A DNA stretch of 17,150 nucleotides from Polyangiales bacterium (GTDB lineage: Bacteria; Myxococcota_A; Polyangia; Polyangiales; Polyangiaceae). The notes under the pieces were generated by a model. It worked only from the letters and a program-made list of their open reading frames with translations, made no database searches and had not been told where the DNA came from. Within the stretch, counting starts at the first letter, position 1. Each line of letters begins with the position of its first letter. This document shows positions 16,921 to 17,150 of this stretch, in pieces. Location: contig JBBRNJ010000127.1 of assembly GCA_038230375.1 (NCBI GenBank), positions 1 through 17,150 of the forward strand, read 5' to 3'. The translations under genes were made by a program, and so were the position numbers.

Positions 16921-17150
16921 ATGAAGCTTCGCCTCGCTCTTGGCTCGACGGTCGCGCTGTCCTTCGTGTCGGCTCTTGCGGGCGCGCAGCAACCCTTGCC
17001 GCCTCCGCAGCCCCCGCCGCAGTACCCACCGCAGCAGCAGCCCTACCCCCAGCAGCCGCCTCCGCCCCAGGCGCAGCCGTCTCCTCAGCCCCCGCCCCAC
17101 CCCCCACCCGAAGCCCCACCCCACCCCAAACCGCCCCAACACCCGCCGGA
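16921..17150 (+). CDS. 5' end of a secreted Pro/Gln/Tyr-rich protein (partial, runs off the window)
   Basis: MKLRLALGSTVALSFVSALAGA|QQPLPPPQPPPQYPPQQQPYPQQPP...: Sec signal peptide with an AGA cleavage site. TAGACT lies 8 nt upstream. Absent from the ORF track because there is no stop in the window. Confidence 0.8.
   Translation, partial: MKLRLALGSTVALSFVSALAGAQQPLPPPQPPPQYPPQQQPYPQQPPPPQAQPSPQPPPHPPPEAPPHPKPPQHPP

Noticed and set aside
16583..17142. Minus-strand ORFs 16583-17119 and 16669-17142 as full-length genes
   Set aside because: They are antisense to the signal-peptide CDS at 16921 and stay open only because of the repeats.
17085..17150. Shift from a Pro/Gln/Tyr repeat to C/A-rich Pro/His sequence
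   Set aside because: Occurs at the extreme end of the window and looks like degraded base calling; not interpreted biologically.

Overview
GC-rich window that reads as a myxobacterial chromosome segment (Myxococcota, probably Polyangiales-like; inferred from gene content and style). Left to right: the 3' end of a Thr/Pro/Ser-repeat protein, an exported TPR/PEGA-type protein, and an FHA-sigma54 enhancer-binding protein divergent from a lipoprotein gene that has a clear -24/-12 promoter. Next come a Pro-rich membrane protein, a minus-strand PilZ - MoxR - DUF58 - transglutaminase (TgpA-like) cluster, a hypothetical protein, a PpiD/SurA-like parvulin, and an M16 peptidase that probably starts at CTG. 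Then a Cys-rich lipoprotein, a small cross-brace-type zinc-finger protein, an alpha/beta hydrolase and an NAD-type isocitrate dehydrogenase. The window ends with a ~640 bp region without recognisable protein genes and the 5' end of a secreted Pro/Gln-rich protein. That region is the most unusual part: it holds a promoter-like element, a 43-codon ORF with six consecutive Arg codons, mutually exclusive RNA pairings, several hairpins and a (GTCGAG)n array. No rRNA, tRNA, CRISPR array or mobile element was recognised. Both window ends look error-prone. All calls come from reading motifs by eye; no database searches were run.
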